Under the pieces are notes generated by a model that worked only from the letters and a program-made list of their open reading frames with translations, was not told the origin of the DNA and did no database searches. Of a DNA stretch of 64,000 nt, positions 1-8,013 are shown one piece after another. Origin of the DNA: Escherichia phage EP01. The translations under genes were made by a program, and so were the position numbers. Position 1 is the first letter of the stretch; every line of letters starts with the position of its first letter. The DNA lies in sequence record OM135583.1. One strand, 5' to 3'.

Positions 1-49
1 CAAATATATTCATAATACCTCCTAAGTATTTATAGAAGGTATTTATAAA

Positions 50-505
50 TTAAAAGAGGTTGTTCATTATTCGGTAAAGTGAAGGACCCATCACATATTG
101 CCACTGAGTACGAGGAATAAGAGCAAAAGCATCCATCTCTGGAATCATAACGCCATCTTTATTTTCAAAATAAGACTCGCAATGGCAATTTCTAAACATC
201 TCATGCTCTACTGGAATCGTATAATAAAACAGATGTAAGTCTTTATTACTAGAATATTTAAATACACCTAGGTCTTCTAGAAGGTCTGGATTATAATTGT
301 TAAAACCAGTCTCTTCTAAACATTCTCTTCGTGCTGCATCTAGTGCGCTTAAATCAGAATTTTCTACGCGGCCCTTTGGGATATCCCAGCGATGTGCCAT
401 CATTCCAGGCTTACGAGAACCAGTAACCCGTCCCATGAATAAATCTTTATCTTCTGTCATAAAGATAATACCAGCTGATAATGTTTTCATTTTAATTTCC
501 TGCAT
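50..505 (-). CDS. nudE: Nudix hydrolase (T4 NudE / e.1-like)
   Basis: 151 aa; Nudix box G-x5-D-x7-RECLEETGF read in translation (GRVENSDLSALDAARRECLEETGF); position matches T4 e.1. Confidence 0.9.
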   Translation of the reverse strand: MQEIKMKTLSAGIIFMTEDKDLFMGRVTGSRKPGMMAHRWDIPKGRVENSDLSALDAARRECLEETGFNNYNPDLLEDLGVFKYSSNKDLHLFYYTIPVEHEMFRNCHCESYFENKDGVMIPEMDAFALIPRTQWQYVMGPSLYRIMNNLF

Positions 506-990
506 TCAGTGATAAAGTTATTTAAATTTTGAGTATATTTCTTTTCATCAAAAATCTTTTGTTGTCTGCGTAGCCGCCATGGCATTTCAATGAACGTGTA
601 CCATATCCCAGATAATATTGCTGCTGTAAAAATATTAACAAGTATGGTTAAAAGAATCCAATCTCCTATTCTGTCCATTGGATTTTTTATAAAAAAGTAA
701 AATACGAATGATGTCACAGGAAAACTAATAATATACCACAGAATCATAATTTTATCTGTGAACCAATCAGCGTTCGTTAACTTAGCGCGGCCATTTTGAA
801 TACATACAAACTTATCATCTGTTGCAGTAGATGGCTTAACTGGTTGATATCCCATTCTAAACTCCCTAATCAGCAAATTTTTCATATCTTCGGAACAGCC
901 ATTCCAGTCAACTCTATCAACTGAAATGCCATCATCCCCGTCATCTAAATCATACCAGCGAGTTTTTAAAATCATTTGATTTTCCTGCAA
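487..990 (-). CDS. hypothetical early membrane protein (T4 e.x region)
   Basis: 167 aa ORF; long hydrophobic segments (ILWYIISFPVTSFVFYFF, ILLTILVNIFTAAILSGIWY); overlaps neighbours (coupled translation). Confidence 0.6.
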   Translation of the reverse strand: MQENQMILKTRWYDLDDGDDGISVDRVDWNGCSEDMKNLLIREFRMGYQPVKPSTATDDKFVCIQNGRAKLTNADWFTDKIMILWYIISFPVTSFVFYFFIKNPMDRIGDWILLTILVNIFTAAILSGIWYTFIEMPWRLRRQQKIFDEKKYTQNLNNFITECRKLK

Positions 991-1346
991 TCACTCACAA
1001 ACTCTTTCATTGATTCATTTTCAATATAAGACATGTAGTTATTATATTCTTTTAATTGTATTTTGTAATCCTTTTTTCTTTGCCAATTTATTTTAAAATT
1101 ATCATAATGAAAATATAAAATGATACTAAAGAATGAAAATAATGAAATTGCTATAGTATAATGAAGTTCACTCCAAACTTCTATTATATCTACTATACCG
1201 CTGACGTTACTGCGGATGTTTAAAATAATACAGTCAATCATTAATCCAATAAGACTACCAGCAAGAGCTGCAGCCAACGCCACAGCAAAAATTAAAAATG
1301 ACTCAGAAAAAGAATATTTGACTTTATTTAGTTTTGGCTTTTGCAT
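972..1346 (-). CDS. hypothetical early membrane protein
   Basis: 124 aa; two hydrophobic helices (FLIFAVALAAALAGSLIGLMI, YTIAISLFSFFSIILYF); start overlaps upstream stop. Confidence 0.6.
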   Translation of the reverse strand: MQKPKLNKVKYSFSESFLIFAVALAAALAGSLIGLMIDCIILNIRSNVSGIVDIIEVWSELHYTIAISLFSFFSIILYFHYDNFKINWQRKKDYKIQLKEYNNYMSYIENESMKEFVSDCRKIK

Positions 1347-1741
1347 CGTGATTCCTTAACAAATTTCATAATTTCATTAAATTCATACATATTTAGTTTA
1401 AGCTGGTGTTCCTTTTTAATCTTTTTACACTGAGCTTTCCATTCACGTACACGTTTACGATAATGCCTTCCTTGATACCAATATCCTACCCAATTTACAG
1501 GTACCAATAAAAATGGAACTACTAATGGAAGAATTAATACTAACAAAAATATTACGCCAGATTCAATATCAGTCATAAAGTCTATAACCATTCCAACAAT
1601 CAATAGAATTACAAATGATATAGCTGTCACAGGACCTATTAATACATCAGTAGGAATTAGCTGGCGCTTTAATTCATACTTCAAAGGTTTACTTGGAAGG
1701 TATAGTGATGGCTTTGACATATTCTCTACATTCCTTAACAA
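1328..1741 (-). CDS. hypothetical early membrane protein
   Basis: 137 aa; hydrophobic core (VTAISFVILLIVGMVIDF, VIFLLVLILPLVVPFLLV); true start may be an internal Met because the 5' end overlaps the upstream ORF. Confidence 0.55.
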   Translation of the reverse strand: MLRNVENMSKPSLYLPSKPLKYELKRQLIPTDVLIGPVTAISFVILLIVGMVIDFMTDIESGVIFLLVLILPLVVPFLLVPVNWVGYWYQGRHYRKRVREWKAQCKKIKKEHQLKLNMYEFNEIMKFVKESRCKSQN

Positions 1742-2297
1742 ATTTTTCTAGTAATAAATCACTTTCAAAATTAGGATTTTCCACTAATTTATCAAAAAGA
1801 TCATCAACAATATTCAAGATATTTCTTTTACTAAGAATACGTTTATTTTCATGCTTCGTTTCAGAATCAACTATAAGAGTAAAGAAATATTTCTTTCCCT
1901 GAAATTTTACTGTAGTATCAATATAGAATAAATTTGACTTTTGTAAGTTACGTTTAAACCATGCGTCACTTAAACTATAAACACCGAGATAATCAAAATC
2001 GTCGTTTAAATAACATACTGTCCATTCAGGAGAAATGAAATCAGTAAATTCAACATCAAAATCACACGTCAATGAATGAATTGATTCAATACTGTTAATA
2101 AGTATTCCAGGACGTATTAAAGACTTTTTACCTCTGGAAAATCTTCCAGAAAGACTTTCATCAGTTTCATATGAAGAACCCCAATAATAATTACGTCCTT
2201 CTGCCATACGTTTAAGAGCATTTAGTAATTGGTCTGGAACATCAACCTGTCTTTGGAACTCTTCAAACATTGAATTGAAATCATTTTGCATTCTCAT
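1689..2297 (-). CDS. hypothetical early protein
   Basis: 202 aa ORF in minus-strand early operon; no recognisable motif. Confidence 0.6.
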   Translation of the reverse strand: MRMQNDFNSMFEEFQRQVDVPDQLLNALKRMAEGRNYYWGSSYETDESLSGRFSRGKKSLIRPGILINSIESIHSLTCDFDVEFTDFISPEWTVCYLNDDFDYLGVYSLSDAWFKRNLQKSNLFYIDTTVKFQGKKYFFTLIVDSETKHENKRILSKRNILNIVDDLFDKLVENPNFESDLLLEKFVKECREYVKAITIPSK

Positions 2298-2318
2298 TCC
2301 TATTTACTCCAAGTAATA

Positions 2319-2332
2319 GGGGCCGAAGCCCC
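2319..2332 (-). terminator. stable tetraloop hairpin GGGGC-UUCG-GCCCC (RNA stabiliser / weak terminator)
   Basis: Plus-strand GGGGCCGAAGCCCC; 5-bp GC stem with UUCG loop on the minus transcript; between two early ORFs. Confidence 0.5.
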
Positions 2333-2338
2333 TTATCA

Positions 2339-2932
2339 TTATTTCAGAGAATTAATGTATTCCTGAACATCGGCAGAGGTGGTTTCAACCCCGGAAATAT
2401 TACCGTTAAAGGTTTCAACTCGAGCAAGAGTATCTTCAATATCAACCTTAGTTAGCGCTGCGATTTCAACTACATCATCAGCAGTACTAATTCCAAGGGC
2501 ATTTGCCGCACGAGTTTCACGGATATATTCCAATTTAACTGCAAGTTCTTGGCGAGCATCATCTAACTCAACTACTTTCTTGGCGATTTCAATTCGCATT
2601 TCAGCATACCCATCAGCTTTAGTAGTCAGCTGTTCAGCTGTTCGACGATATAGCAAGCCAAGTTTAGCATGCATTGTTACATCTTGACCTTCGGAAAGAA
2701 GCTTGCGAATTTCACGCTCTTTTGATTCAGCCTGTTTATTCTTTTCAACAATAAGTTCACGAATACGTTTTTCTTCATTAATAGATTTAACAGAAGCAGT
2801 TTTTAGGTCTTTAATTTTATCAAGTAATTTTGCTGCTGCAGCGGTATACTGTTCTTCAACAGATAGATTTTTAGCCATAGCAGAACCAAGTTTAGTGCGA
2901 ATAAAATCAACAATTTTCTTCAGTGTGTTCAT
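2339..2932 (-). CDS. hypothetical coiled-coil early protein
   Basis: 197 aa; K/E-rich heptad-like sequence throughout; followed by GGGGC-UUCG-GCCCC hairpin. Confidence 0.6.
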   Translation of the reverse strand: MNTLKKIVDFIRTKLGSAMAKNLSVEEQYTAAAAKLLDKIKDLKTASVKSINEEKRIRELIVEKNKQAESKEREIRKLLSEGQDVTMHAKLGLLYRRTAEQLTTKADGYAEMRIEIAKKVVELDDARQELAVKLEYIRETRAANALGISTADDVVEIAALTKVDIEDTLARVETFNGNISGVETTSADVQEYINSLK

Positions 2933-2975
2933 AGTATTTCCTTAGGTTAATTAAGATTTAAAATCCATGAGAGTA

Positions 2976-3152
2976 TTATACTCCGGATAGTTTGTAAACT
3001 ATTTCAACATCGCCTTTTGCTGCTTTATAACCTTCAGCCCAAGATACAACCGAGTTTTTATCTGAAGATTCAAATTCTGGCATTGGACTTTCATCAATGT
3101 TCACACAGTATGTTTCTTCATTTTCGTCAAACCAAATAGTTAAAGTAGTCAT
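2976..3152 (-). CDS. small hypothetical ORF (about 58 aa), below the ORF-track cutoff
   Basis: Found by manual reverse-complement reading; ATG at 3152 preceded by GGAGAAATAA Shine-Dalgarno; degenerate promoter/stem-loop cassette copy upstream (3153-3221). Confidence 0.35.
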   Translation of the reverse strand: MTTLTIWFDENEETYCVNIDESPMPEFESSDKNSVVSWAEGYKAAKGDVEIVYKLSGV

Positions 3153-3221
3153 TTATTTCTCCGCTTCTGTGATTGTTTTGATAAGTCTATAATAACACCG
3201 TCCTTGGTGTTTGTACACCAC

Positions 3222-3539
3222 TTATTTCATATTATTGAAATATTCTTCTGCGATTTCATCGTTATCGTGGTAAACTTTAGAAGACAGTTTAACATAACCT
3301 TCAGCAGTGAACATATTAATCACAACTTTTACAGTATACCACTGACCGTCTTCATTACCCATTACTGCGTAAGTTTCAAACATCGGATGGTCAGGACCGA
3401 TGACTTTAATATCATTCACTGTACGACCGAAATCTTCTGAAACGCATTTCATAAAGAAGTTGAACAGTTCGCCGTAATTATCCATTTCATTCTCCAAGTT
3501 GTTTTTCTGTATCAGTAGTTGATAGTTGTATAGTACCAT
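3222..3539 (-). CDS. hypothetical early protein
   Basis: 105 aa ORF; early promoter cassette immediately upstream (3530-3559). Confidence 0.6.
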   Translation of the reverse strand: MVLYNYQLLIQKNNLENEMDNYGELFNFFMKCVSEDFGRTVNDIKVIGPDHPMFETYAVMGNEDGQWYTVKVVINMFTAEGYVKLSSKVYHDNDEIAEEYFNNMK

Positions 3540-3559
3540 GGAAGAACGGGGATGTAAAC
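3530..3559 (-). promoter_or_regulatory. early promoter (TTTACA -35, 17-18 bp spacer, TACTAT -10) inside promoter/stem-loop cassette
   Basis: Plus-strand GTAAAC at 3554-3559 and ATAGTA at 3530-3535; same architecture as the IP-locus cassettes. Confidence 0.6.
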
Positions 3560-3692
3560 AGTTTTGTGAAAAAAATTTTTTAAAAAGTTTTAGGGAATTC
3601 TAGGACAGGGAGGGGCAATTAAAGGATAGGATAATATATTATAAAGGGTAGAAACTAAATGATTCTTAGAGAGGTCCAGAAAGGCCTAGATA

Positions 3693-3719
3693 CCAAAAAG
3701 CCCTATCATTTAGATAGGG
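3693..3719 (-). terminator. rho-independent terminator
   Basis: Stem CCCTATC/GATAGGG followed on the minus transcript by CUUUUUGG. Confidence 0.6.
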
Positions 3720-3727
3720 ATTTAAAA

Positions 3728-4291
3728 TTATTTATCTAGTTTAGCTATTATAGCTTCTGCGGCAGCTTTTAGTTTAGATGCGGTGTTAATACGATTTTTA
3801 ATTTCAGTATACGCATCGCCAAGAACGTCAAGGCTATCAGAATAAACGCTTACACTATTGCGTTCGCTATTTGAAATAGAACCTTTAGTTTTACGATCAA
3901 AATCGATGTACACGTCTTGAAGATCACGGGCTGCCTTCTTTGCATCATCCAATGCATCAAGAGCTTTATTCAAAGCATTAACGTATTTTTTAGTGTCGAA
4001 CATATTCTTAGAAATTTTAACAGGCGCACGTTCAGGAGTAGCTAAGGCAGATTTAGGAACCTGAGCGCCAGATGCCAGTTTCTTAGAAATTTTGAAAAAT
4101 GCTTTATTGAATTTATTTTCTTGACTCATCGTAAAAGAACTATTATCAATGTTATACATTTCAATAGCTTTAGCTTTCCACTTAAGAAAATCGCCACGGT
4201 CTTTTGGGTCCAATTGGAAGAATACTTTAGTAAGTTCTGCTTCAGATGGTAATTTTGCTGCTTCGGTTAAAAATTCGGCATAAGTTTTCAT
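3728..4291 (-). CDS. internal-protein-like protein with N-terminal capsid targeting sequence
   Basis: 187 aa; N-terminus MKTYAEFLTEAA matches the T4 IP capsid-targeting consensus MKTYQEFIAEA with a predicted prohead-protease site after ..TE; followed by rho-independent terminator. Confidence 0.6.
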   Translation of the reverse strand: MKTYAEFLTEAAKLPSEAELTKVFFQLDPKDRGDFLKWKAKAIEMYNIDNSSFTMSQENKFNKAFFKISKKLASGAQVPKSALATPERAPVKISKNMFDTKKYVNALNKALDALDDAKKAARDLQDVYIDFDRKTKGSISNSERNSVSVYSDSLDVLGDAYTEIKNRINTASKLKAAAEAIIAKLDK

Positions 4292-4379
4292 TTAAAATCC
4301 TTGAAATAATCTATCGGTTGGTTATTAATTATTTATTACTTTGTTATTATCCGTAACAGCGTTATCCGAGTGATTCAAA

Positions 4380-4728
4380 CTAAAAAGCCCCAACCTTTCG
4401 GTCGGGGCTAAGCCTTGCGGCAACCTTGTCGGGGTTCCACCTGCTAAGGCAAGTGTTTGTACGAAACGCCGGGATTCGAACCCGGTTATTAAGCAGTTGA
4501 CGCTACTTAATATTTTTAAAAGGCCATATCTCGACCATATCCGAACGTTCCGTCAAAAACGCTACTCGGCTTACGGCAAAGATATTTCCTCGAATCGATA
4601 ATTCGGTGCGCCGTTTCTGCTGTGATGTAAGAGGGCATCAACAAATCATAAAGATTTATTAACACAATTCCTTACCCAGGGAACATCAGTCCGACGACTT
4701 ACCGGTAGCGACCCGGTTTCTTGTTTGG
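4380..4728 (-). ncRNA. candidate small stable RNA gene(s) (by position, T4 RNA species C/D-like)
   Basis: About 340 bp with no ORF, between tRNA-Arg and the next early gene; contains a tRNA-like T-arm (CCGGG-ATTCGAA-CCCGG at 4469-4485) and several stem-loops; boundaries not determined. Confidence 0.3.
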
Positions 4729-4802
4729 TCGAGGCAGAAGGATTCTAACCTTCAACCAACGGATTAGAAATCCGTTGCTCTATACAATTGAGCTATGCCT
4801 CG
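4729..4802 (-). tRNA. tRNA-Arg (anticodon UCU)
   Basis: Acceptor stem halves 4730-4736/4796-4802; T-arm 4737-4753; anticodon loop UUUCUAA. Confidence 0.8.
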
Positions 4803-5470
4803 TAGTTAAAATTCATTTTTCGACCTTTAAACCATCCTTCTGGAATTGGGTCAGTTTTCTTAATACGTTTAGAAACTTTTTCATCTAATGAATGAATCCA
4901 CATCATACCAAATTGGGAATTCTTTTCACCTTGTTGGTGTTTATTTCTGGCGTGAGATTCTTTCATTTTATTAATAGTTTCAGGAGTATGGGTCTTACCC
5001 AAGAAAGATTTAGTATTTAAAAATTTCTCTCTATACTTAGGATTATCCCAAAGCTGTTTAAACCTTTCTGAACCCATTTTACGGTATTTTTCTTTAAGGT
5101 CTGGGTCGTTCTCAAATCTGATTTTAAAAGCGGCAGCTCCTTTTAAGGAAGCTTCTTTCTTTTTATCCAAATATTCTTTAGTGTTTAAATGGCCCCAACC
5201 ACCTTCACCACCTAATTTCAAATTATAAACATCAGGGCGCTTTAAAAACTCTTCAGTCACAATATTCTTTTCTGACTCAAACATAGAGGTTTTATCGTCA
5301 AAGAACTCTAATATTTCTTTAGAAAAATTTTCTATACCATACTTGTCTTGGGCTCTTTTTAATAATTTACCAGAACCCATATATCCATCATCTAAATTTT
5401 CGGTAGAATGAGCGCCTATATAGATTTTATTATTAATTTTATTTGTTATTTTATAAATGTAATGGAACAT
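4793..5470 (-). CDS. segB: GIY-YIG homing endonuclease (SegB-like)
   Basis: 225 aa; N-terminal GIY-x10-YIG module (HYIYKITNKINNKIYIGAH); sits inside the tRNA cluster as in T4. Confidence 0.8.
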   Translation of the reverse strand: MFHYIYKITNKINNKIYIGAHSTENLDDGYMGSGKLLKRAQDKYGIENFSKEILEFFDDKTSMFESEKNIVTEEFLKRPDVYNLKLGGEGGWGHLNTKEYLDKKKEASLKGAAAFKIRFENDPDLKEKYRKMGSERFKQLWDNPKYREKFLNTKSFLGKTHTPETINKMKESHARNKHQQGEKNSQFGMMWIHSLDEKVSKRIKKTDPIPEGWFKGRKMNFNYEA

Positions 5471-5511
5471 AAATATCTCCTATTTCTAAGAGTATTTATG
5501 CTCCCAAAATA

Positions 5512-5583
5512 TGGCCCTGGGTGGAATTGAACCACCATCTGGCGATTATGAGTCGCTTGCTTGAACCTTCCAGCTACAGGGCC
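5512..5583 (-). tRNA. tRNA-Ile (anticodon CAU, Met-type anticodon presumably modified to read AUA)
   Basis: Acceptor halves 5513-5519/5577-5583; T-arm GGTGG-AATTGAA-CCACC; anticodon loop CUCAUAA. Confidence 0.8.
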
Positions 5584-5589
5584 TTGATA

Positions 5590-5662
5590 TGCTGATTGAC
5601 GGAATCGAACCGCCGACGTCCTCATTACAAGTGAGTTGCTCTACCTACTGAGCTAAATCAGC
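5590..5662 (-). tRNA. tRNA-Thr (anticodon UGU)
   Basis: Acceptor halves 5591-5597/5656-5662; anticodon loop CUUGUAA. Confidence 0.8.
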
Positions 5663-5669
5663 GAAATTA

Positions 5670-5756
5670 CGGAGGCGATAGGATTTGAACCTATGAGTCG
5701 CCGGAGCGACTGCCGGTTTTCAAGACCGGTGCATTAAACCACTCTGCCACGCCTCC
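5670..5756 (-). tRNA. tRNA-Ser (anticodon UGA)
   Basis: Acceptor halves 5671-5677/5750-5756; long variable arm; anticodon loop CUUGAAA. Confidence 0.8.
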
Positions 5757-5758
5757 AG

Positions 5759-5832
5759 TCTCCGCGGCAGGATTTGAACCTGCGACATTCTGCTCCCAAA
5801 GCAGACGCTCTACCAAACTGAGCTACACGGAG
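5759..5832 (-). tRNA. tRNA-Pro (anticodon UGG)
   Basis: Acceptor halves 5760-5766/5826-5832 (one G-U pair); T-arm GCAGG-ATTTGAA-CCTGC; anticodon loop UUUGGGA. Confidence 0.8.
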
Positions 5833-5844
5833 TAAATTAAATTT

Positions 5845-5916
<72 letters not shown>

Positions 5917-5925
5917 AAACTTTGG

Positions 5926-6009
5926 TACGAGAAGTGGGACTCGAACCCACAAGGAAATCATTCCGCAGCATTTTAAGTGCTGTGCCTTTACCAATTTGAC
6001 CATTCTCGC
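5926..6009 (-). tRNA. tRNA-Leu (anticodon UAA)
   Basis: Acceptor halves 5927-5933/6003-6009; long variable arm; T-arm GTGGG-ACTCGAA-CCCAC; anticodon loop CUUAAAA. Confidence 0.8.
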
Positions 6010-6010
6010 G

Positions 6011-6083
6011 CTGGGAATAAAGGACTCGAACCTTTGCATCCTGGAATCAAAATCCAGTGCCTTACCAACTTGGCTAATTCCCA
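6011..6083 (-). tRNA. tRNA-Gln (anticodon UUG)
   Basis: Acceptor halves 6012-6018/6077-6083; T-arm AAAGG-ACTCGAA-CCTTT; anticodon loop UUUUGAU. Confidence 0.8.
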
Positions 6084-6180
6084 ATTATTAACAAAGGCTC
6101 TCAGGAAAGAACCCTTGATGATAGAGGGTATTAATCAATGCGATATGAGTTAATAATAACAAATAATTCTTAAAGCATAT

Positions 6181-6468
6181 TTACCATTTATGATAATACA
6201 TATTTACGATACATTCAAGACCCAAAGGATTCTTGAAAATATCATATTCAAGAGGACCTTTTTCTGTTTCAATAAAGAAATCAAAATTTACTGTATTAAA
6301 TTTACGGTCTTCCTTCACTAATTTAACTTGAGAAGATGAACGGTCAATGTAAACCTTTTCAACTTCAAAACATGTTAAAATGCCATAATCATCAATCAAG
6401 GCTTTAGCCGCATCTTGATCATATTTATATCCATTTTCAATGGATGATACTTTAGCGTAAAGAATCAT
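6181..6468 (-). CDS. hypothetical early protein
   Basis: 95 aa ORF between tRNA cluster and IP array. Confidence 0.5.
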   Translation of the reverse strand: MILYAKVSSIENGYKYDQDAAKALIDDYGILTCFEVEKVYIDRSSSQVKLVKEDRKFNTVNFDFFIETEKGPLEYDIFKNPLGLECIVNMYYHKW

Positions 6469-6470
6469 TA

Positions 6471-6653
6471 TTAACCTTTAGAAATTTTATCCATAACAAT
6501 AGCGATTAAACCAATTAAAAATGCTACTACAAGTGAAAAAACATTTTCTGCTGTAGTCAATAATCCGCATATAAATCCAACAAACATTGAAAAACTAAAA
6601 GCGGAAGCAGAAATTGCAATAGCAACATTTCGAATTAATTCACAACGTTTCAT
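6471..6653 (-). CDS. small hydrophobic membrane protein
   Basis: 60 aa, almost entirely hydrophobic (two predicted TM helices); early promoter cassette immediately upstream. Confidence 0.5.
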   Translation of the reverse strand: MKRCELIRNVAIAISASAFSFSMFVGFICGLLTTAENVFSLVVAFLIGLIAIVMDKISKG

Positions 6654-6714
6654 TTTATTCTCCTCAGTAGTTGATAGGGTAATAGTATCACACTACTACC
6701 CAGAAGTAAACAAC
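6654..6714 (-). promoter_or_regulatory. promoter/stem-loop cassette (PeSL-like) with early promoter
   Basis: CATTTTATTCTCCTCAGTAGTTGATAGGGTAATAGTATCAC...GTAAAC; -10 ATAGTA 6682-6687, -35 GTAAAC 6706-6711 (plus-strand spelling). Confidence 0.65.
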
Positions 6715-6939
6715 TTATTCCGCTCCAGCAGCTTTCAAAAGCTTTTTAAGATTAGCAGTGCCACGAGCAGAAAACGTGACTTTACCATCCTTTTCACTAA
6801 TAGAGCCAGTTAACTTAGAAAGTTTATCGCTAGGAATTTTTTTAAAATCACTTAATGTACCATCAAAAGTTTTCGTAACAATTGGTAGTTCATCTTCATG
6901 TCTTTTAGCTTCAGCGATAAATTTTTGATAAGTTTTCAT
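6715..6939 (-). CDS. internal-protein-like (capsid targeting sequence)
   Basis: 74 aa; N-terminus MKTYQKFIAEA = T4 IP capsid-targeting motif; own promoter cassette. Confidence 0.65.
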   Translation of the reverse strand: MKTYQKFIAEAKRHEDELPIVTKTFDGTLSDFKKIPSDKLSKLTGSISEKDGKVTFSARGTANLKKLLKAAGAE

Positions 6940-7007
6940 TTTATTCTCCTCAGTAGTTGATAGGGTAATAATATCACTACCCTATCTAAAAGTAAACGGT
7001 TTATAAA
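6940..7007 (-). promoter_or_regulatory. promoter/stem-loop cassette (PeSL-like) with early promoter
   Basis: Near-identical repeat; inverted repeat GATAGGG/CCCTATC (6959-6965/6980-6986); -10 6968-6973, -35 6992-6997. Confidence 0.65.
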
Positions 7008-7316
7008 CTATTTTATTCCGCGTGATGCAATTGTGTTCTGCCGTTTAGCACCAGTTTGTTTAAAGTCATGATTGTCGATTTGATCGGTACGAGCAACTCC
7101 GAATGATGATTTGATTTTAGCTTTAGATCCTTTAGTTATAGAAATAAACATCTCGGAAGCCCCTTTCTTAAAGTCCGAGGCGATTACTTCAACGCCGTTC
7201 TTAGCAAGTGACCTCAGAATTGCTTCCGCATACTCATCATCAAGACCCGCTTGAGTATAAATAATGAATGTCTTTGGTGCAGCCGCTTCATTGATAAATT
7301 CTTGGTAAGTTTTCAT
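7008..7316 (-). CDS. internal-protein-like (capsid targeting sequence)
   Basis: 102 aa; N-terminus MKTYQEFINEA; own promoter cassette. Confidence 0.65.
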   Translation of the reverse strand: MKTYQEFINEAAAPKTFIIYTQAGLDDEYAEAILRSLAKNGVEVIASDFKKGASEMFISITKGSKAKIKSSFGVARTDQIDNHDFKQTGAKRQNTIASRGIK

Positions 7317-7376
7317 TTTATTTTCCTAATTAATTTTGATAAGGTAATAGTACCACAACCCTATTTAAAAGTAAAC
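7317..7376 (-). promoter_or_regulatory. promoter/stem-loop cassette (PeSL-like) with early promoter
   Basis: Variant repeat CATTTTATTTTCCTAATTAATTTTGATAAGGTAATAGTACC; -10 7347-7352, -35 7371-7376. Confidence 0.6.
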
Positions 7377-7649
7377 TCATTTTAAATAAATTGCGTATTT
7401 TTTATAACCCGCTGACTCATGACGAAGACCCTTATCATTAGCAAAACGCTCAATGTTGTTAATTTGATTCTGGTCAAGTTCAGAGATGTCAAACACGAAA
7501 TAGTTACGTTTGTTACCAACTGTTACATAGTCAGTTAAATCAATACCATATAGGTAATTGATGTTATCAATCATAGTCTTGACAGCTTTGCTAATTTTTA
7601 CTTTTTCGTTAAAAGTAGCTTCATTGATAAATTCTTTAAATGTTTTCAT
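7377..7649 (-). CDS. internal-protein-like (capsid targeting sequence)
   Basis: 90 aa; N-terminus MKTFKEFINEA; own promoter cassette. Confidence 0.65.
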   Translation of the reverse strand: MKTFKEFINEATFNEKVKISKAVKTMIDNINYLYGIDLTDYVTVGNKRNYFVFDISELDQNQINNIERFANDKGLRHESAGYKKYAIYLK

Positions 7650-7725
7650 TTTATTCTCCTCAGTAGTTGATAGGGTAATAGTATCACAACTAAAACCCTA
7701 TGTAAACAACTTTGTGAAATATTTA
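7650..7725 (-). promoter_or_regulatory. promoter/stem-loop cassette (PeSL-like) with early promoter
   Basis: Repeat copy; -10 7678-7683, -35 7702-7707; ATAGGG/CCCTAT inverted repeat; A/T-rich upstream element. Confidence 0.65.
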
Positions 7726-8013
7726 TTACAAAAGATTTTTAGCAATAATCTTGAGATGTGCCGCAGAAATGTGTTTAGCTTTAAACAACGCAGTTTCTTC
7801 AGCAGGAGAGATAATGATTGTAGCACCATCCTTTTTAGCAGACCACCCATCACCTAGGTAAACAGTACCTTTGATTTCTTCGCCATCAACCAAACTAATC
7901 ATTGGTTTACCTTCTCGTCCTTTATTTGCTTTAATAACTTCAGAAGTAAGAGTAGCTTCAGTAATAGTAGAAACCGGGATAGTTGTAGAAGTAAATTCTT
8001 TGAAAGTTTTCAT
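7726..8013 (-). CDS. ipI: internal protein I-like (IPI)
   Basis: 95 aa; MKTFKEF.. targeting sequence; predicted cleavage after ..ITE leaves 76 residues, the size of mature T4 IPI*; adjacent to 57B as in T4. Confidence 0.7.
   Translation of the reverse strand: MKTFKEFTSTTIPVSTITEATLTSEVIKANKGREGKPMISLVDGEEIKGTVYLGDGWSAKKDGATIIISPAEETALFKAKHISAAHLKIIAKNLL

Noticed and set aside
297-512. 71-aa plus-strand ORF
   Set aside because: Embedded antisense within nudE; no ribosome-binding site.
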